From positions 1-64,000 of the forward strand of contig DATIFP010000021.1 of NCBI GenBank assembly GCA_035455165.1: a DNA stretch of 64,000 bases, read 5' to 3'. Below the pieces are notes generated by a model. It was not told the origin of the DNA. It worked only from the letters and a program-made list of their open reading frames with translations, and made no database searches. This DNA comes from Blastocatellia bacterium. GTDB taxonomy: Bacteria > Acidobacteriota > Blastocatellia > UBA7656. Positions 61,154-64,000 of this stretch are shown here, one piece after another (the stretch's first letter is position 1; each line of letters begins with the position of its first letter). Position numbers and translations under genes: made by a program.

Positions 61154-63607
61154 TTGGCCAAAGCGAAGGAGGATCGGTTAGCGATACCGGAAGGGGAGGC
61201 ATCGAGCCGCTTCATGAACGCGGTTTCGGCAGCCGGCCTAAGTGTCTTCGTGTGCGCAGTGTTCATGCTTTTCCTGGGCGGCCCCAGCCTTGAATGGGTT
61301 CTGCTGAGCCTGGTCACCACGCTTGTAGTCTCGCGGACGAGCGTCAGCATTCCCAAGACCGACGGCACGGTTACGCTGGACGACACGTTCATCTACATCT
61401 CGGTTTTGCTTTACGGCGTCTGGCCGTCGGTGGTGCTCGCTGGGGTCAACGCGATTCTCTGCTCGCTCCGCTACAGCAATCGCAAGCGCGTAGCGACCTT
61501 CAACGCGGGAGCGATGAGTCTGTCGGTGTTCGCGTCTAGTTCGCTGATAACCGCGGTTTTCGGCAATCCGACCGAGCTTGCGCCGGACCTTAGCCGCCTC
61601 ATTCTCGCGGCCGAGTCGCTTGCGTTGGTTCACTATGCGTTGAACTCAATGATGATGAGCACTGTTGCCGCATTCAGAAGCCGTCGGAGCATCATACTCA
61701 CCTGGCGTGAGTCGTTCCTTTGGACCTGGATGTCGTACTTCGCCGGAGCCGTCGCTGCTTGTTTAATCGTAAAGATGCTCACCGTGATTTCGTTCTACGC
61801 CTTTATCATCGCGGTGCCGATCCTGGGCATCACTTTTCTAACGTATAGAAATTATCTGGAGAAAGTCCAAACCTCCATTCGGCACGTGGAGGAGGTGACC
61901 GATTTGCACTTGCGAACGATCGAGGCGCTGGCAATAGCAATCGACGCCAAGGACGAGGTTACCCACAATCACGTTCATCGGGTGCAGATTTATGCAACCG
62001 GCCTGGCGCGGTTGTTCGGCCTCAGCGACCCCGAGATCGAGGCGTTGAAAGCTGGAGCGCTGCTCCACGACATAGGCAAGCTGGCGGTACCAGACTACAT
62101 CCTCAACAAGCCGGACAAGCTTACCCCTGCCGAGTTTGAGAAGATGAAGGTCCATACGATCGTCGGAGCGGATATCCTCAGCCGCGTCGGATTTCCATAT
62201 CCTGTGGTCCCCATCGTAAGGCATCACCACGAGAGATGGGACGGCCGCGGGTATCCGGACGGGCTGCGCGGCGCGCAGATACCCATGACTGCGCGAATCC
62301 TTACGGTCGTGGATTGCTTCGACGCCGTCCGCGAAGACCGGCAATATCGGAAGGCGATGACCCGCGAGCAGGCGATCGAATTGATCCGGAGCGGAAGCGG
62401 CACGATGTACGATCCGGAAGTAGTGCGCGTGTTCCTTGAACACCTCCCTGAGTTCGAGGCAGAAATAAGACGAAAGAAGAGAGACGTAAGAGACGGGAGA
62501 GCCAAGTCCAACGATCGGCGCGGTCGAGAGACGAACAAGAAAGACGATAGCCGCGTGGTCTTCGAGCATATTCGCAACGCCCATCGCGAGGTGATCACGC
62601 TCTACGAAATAGCGCAGACGATCGGGACGAGTCTCGACTTGAGAGATATGTTTGCTGTGTTCTCGTCGAGGCTTCAGGATATCGTGAGCTACACGACTTG
62701 TGTGCTCTACCTTCAGAAACCGAACTCGATTGACGTAGAAGCCGTGCACGTTCGCGGACGCGATGCCGACCACTTCAAGGGTGCCGGGATAATTCTCGGA
62801 TCGGGGATAACCGGCTGGGTTGTGACAAACCGCCAGCCGATGTACAACTGCGATCCGCAGCTCGACTTCGACGCCGCACAGATCAAACTCGACACCGAAT
62901 ACCGAACGGTGATATCGGTGCCGTTGCTCAAAGGAGAGGATGCGCTTGGAGCTCTTACCCTGTATTCTGCCGAACTGAATGCGTATGAACCCGATCACCT
63001 GCGGCTGGTCGAGGCCGTCGCAAAGCTTGCCGCCGACGCGATCGCAAATGCGCTGCATCACGAAGAGACGGAAATCACCGCTCTCACCGATCCGGTGACC
63101 GGGCTCGCCAACGCGCTCGCACTGAGGCTCCGTTTCGAGCAAGAGGCGGAGCGGGCACGCCGCTACGGTGACGCCTTTGCCCTGCTGATGATGGACCTCG
63201 ATTGCTTCAAGAGCATCAACGATTCGCTGGGGCATAAGGCCGGTGACGAGGCGCTCAAGCAGGTGGCTGGTTTGCTGTTGAAGGAAATTCGAGCGGTTGA
63301 TTTCTTGAGCCGTTACGCGGGCGACGAGTTCGTTGCGTTAGTGCAGATCGGCACGGTCGAGGTGCGCGAGCTTGTTCAACGGCTTCAGCAGGCGATTGAC
63401 ACCGCTAGGTTCGGGGCAAACGGGTCGGCTGCGTCCATCGGGATAAGCGTCGGCTGGGCTTGCTTTGACGCGGATGGCGAAACCATCGATGAATTGCTGC
63501 TGGCTGCAGACCGCGCGATGTATGCAGATAAGCTTCACAGGCGGGCGGTCCCCGGAGCGTCGGAAGACTCCGGACAACTGCAACTGGATCCCAGCCCGGC
63601 CGCGTAG
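61154..63607 (+). CDS. Membrane-anchored c-di-GMP turnover protein: polytopic N-terminal domain + HD-GYP + GAF + GGDEF (AGDEF variant)
   Basis: ~6 TM helices; HD-GYP signature HHERWDGRGYP with HD in LLHDIGK; GAF region; C-terminal DGC domain with RYAGDEF. Confidence 0.85.
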   Translation: MAKAKEDRLAIPEGEASSRFMNAVSAAGLSVFVCAVFMLFLGGPSLEWVLLSLVTTLVVSRTSVSIPKTDGTVTLDDTFIYISVLLYGVWPSVVLAGVNAILCSLRYSNRKRVATFNAGAMSLSVFASSSLITAVFGNPTELAPDLSRLILAAESLALVHYALNSMMMSTVAAFRSRRSIILTWRESFLWTWMSYFAGAVAACLIVKMLTVISFYAFIIAVPILGITFLTYRNYLEKVQTSIRHVEEVTDLHLRTIEALAIAIDAKDEVTHNHVHRVQIYATGLARLFGLSDPEIEALKAGALLHDIGKLAVPDYILNKPDKLTPAEFEKMKVHTIVGADILSRVGFPYPVVPIVRHHHERWDGRGYPDGLRGAQIPMTARILTVVDCFDAVREDRQYRKAMTREQAIELIRSGSGTMYDPEVVRVFLEHLPEFEAEIRRKKRDVRDGRAKSNDRRGRETNKKDDSRVVFEHIRNAHREVITLYEIAQTIGTSLDLRDMFAVFSSRLQDIVSYTTCVLYLQKPNSIDVEAVHVRGRDADHFKGAGIILGSGITGWVVTNRQPMYNCDPQLDFDAAQIKLDTEYRTVISVPLLKGEDALGALTLYSAELNAYEPDHLRLVEAVAKLAADAIANALHHEETEITALTDPVTGLANALALRLRFEQEAERARRYGDAFALLMMDLDCFKSINDSLGHKAGDEALKQVAGLLLKEIRAVDFLSRYAGDEFVALVQIGTVEVRELVQRLQQAIDTARFGANGSAASIGISVGWACFDADGETIDELLLAADRAMYADKLHRRAVPGASEDSGQLQLDPSPAA

Positions 63608-63610
63608 AAG

Positions 63611-63973
63611 TCACTCGCCGAAATAATCACAGCGCGCGCTGCAGGTCTCTCGAATGGTCACTCGATATAGCCCGCGCAGCCGCCCTTCCAACCGTTCCCA
63701 TATCCACCGCGCCAGGTTCTCGCTTGTCGCGTTTTCCAGCCCGTCGATCTCGTTCAAATAGTAGTGGTCGAGCCTTTGGCGCAGGGGCTCGAATGCGTCG
63801 GCGATCTCCGCGTAGTCGATGAACCAGCCGGTCTTCGGATCGACCTCGCCCTTCACCGCGACTTCACACTTGAATGAATGTCCGTGCAGCCTCGCGCACT
63901 TGTGGGCCTCGGGAACCTGCGGCAATCGATGGGCCGCTTCGAATGGAAACTCTTTCACCAACTCTACAATCAT
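63611..63973 (-). CDS. queD: 6-carboxy-5,6,7,8-tetrahydropterin synthase QueD
   Basis: 120 aa; zinc ligands CxxxHGH (CARLHGHSF) and catalytic motif. Confidence 0.9.
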   Translation of the reverse strand: MIVELVKEFPFEAAHRLPQVPEAHKCARLHGHSFKCEVAVKGEVDPKTGWFIDYAEIADAFEPLRQRLDHYYLNEIDGLENATSENLARWIWERLEGRLRGLYRVTIRETCSARCDYFGE

Positions 63974-64000
63974 CGCGCCTATCGTAACGCTCAGTTGAAG

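Noticed and set aside
61838-63235. 465-aa minus-strand ORF
   Set aside because: Antisense to the HD-GYP/GAF/GGDEF gene, whose frame has multiple intact signature motifs.

Overview
High-GC bacterial chromosomal segment. Gene content (Oar-like TonB-dependent receptor with an N-terminal carboxypeptidase-regulatory-like domain, PEGA protein, many secreted peptidases, c-di-GMP signalling proteins) suggests an Acidobacteriota-like organism, but that is an inference. The window is mostly core genome. It spans the replication-origin neighbourhood: parB-parA on the minus strand, atpD-atpC, dnaA, a DnaA-box cluster with an AT-rich tract, then dnaN. It also holds a purB-purS-purQ ... purL cluster split by an opposite-strand Zn-metalloprotease gene; a liv-type branched-chain amino-acid ABC importer whose substrate-binding protein is fused in-frame to the LivH permease and which has no LivF; alaS; pilT-recX; a LytTR two-component pair; queD/queE; and fabI. 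The most unusual element is a translationally coupled two-gene cassette at 51585-53434: an AAA_21/ABC-like ATPase plus a small DUF4276-like (TOPRIM-like) protein. Its architecture resembles ATPase+nuclease anti-phage modules (OLD/PARIS/AbiL/Rlo-like) and is to my knowledge uncharacterised. A second unusual gene encodes a PilZ, KaiC/RecA-like pseudo-ATPase and degenerate GGDEF multidomain protein next to pilT-recX. The supplied ORF track omits an edge-truncated but clearly coding minus-strand ORF at 1-1707 (secreted protein). No rRNA, tRNA or CRISPR arrays were recognised.
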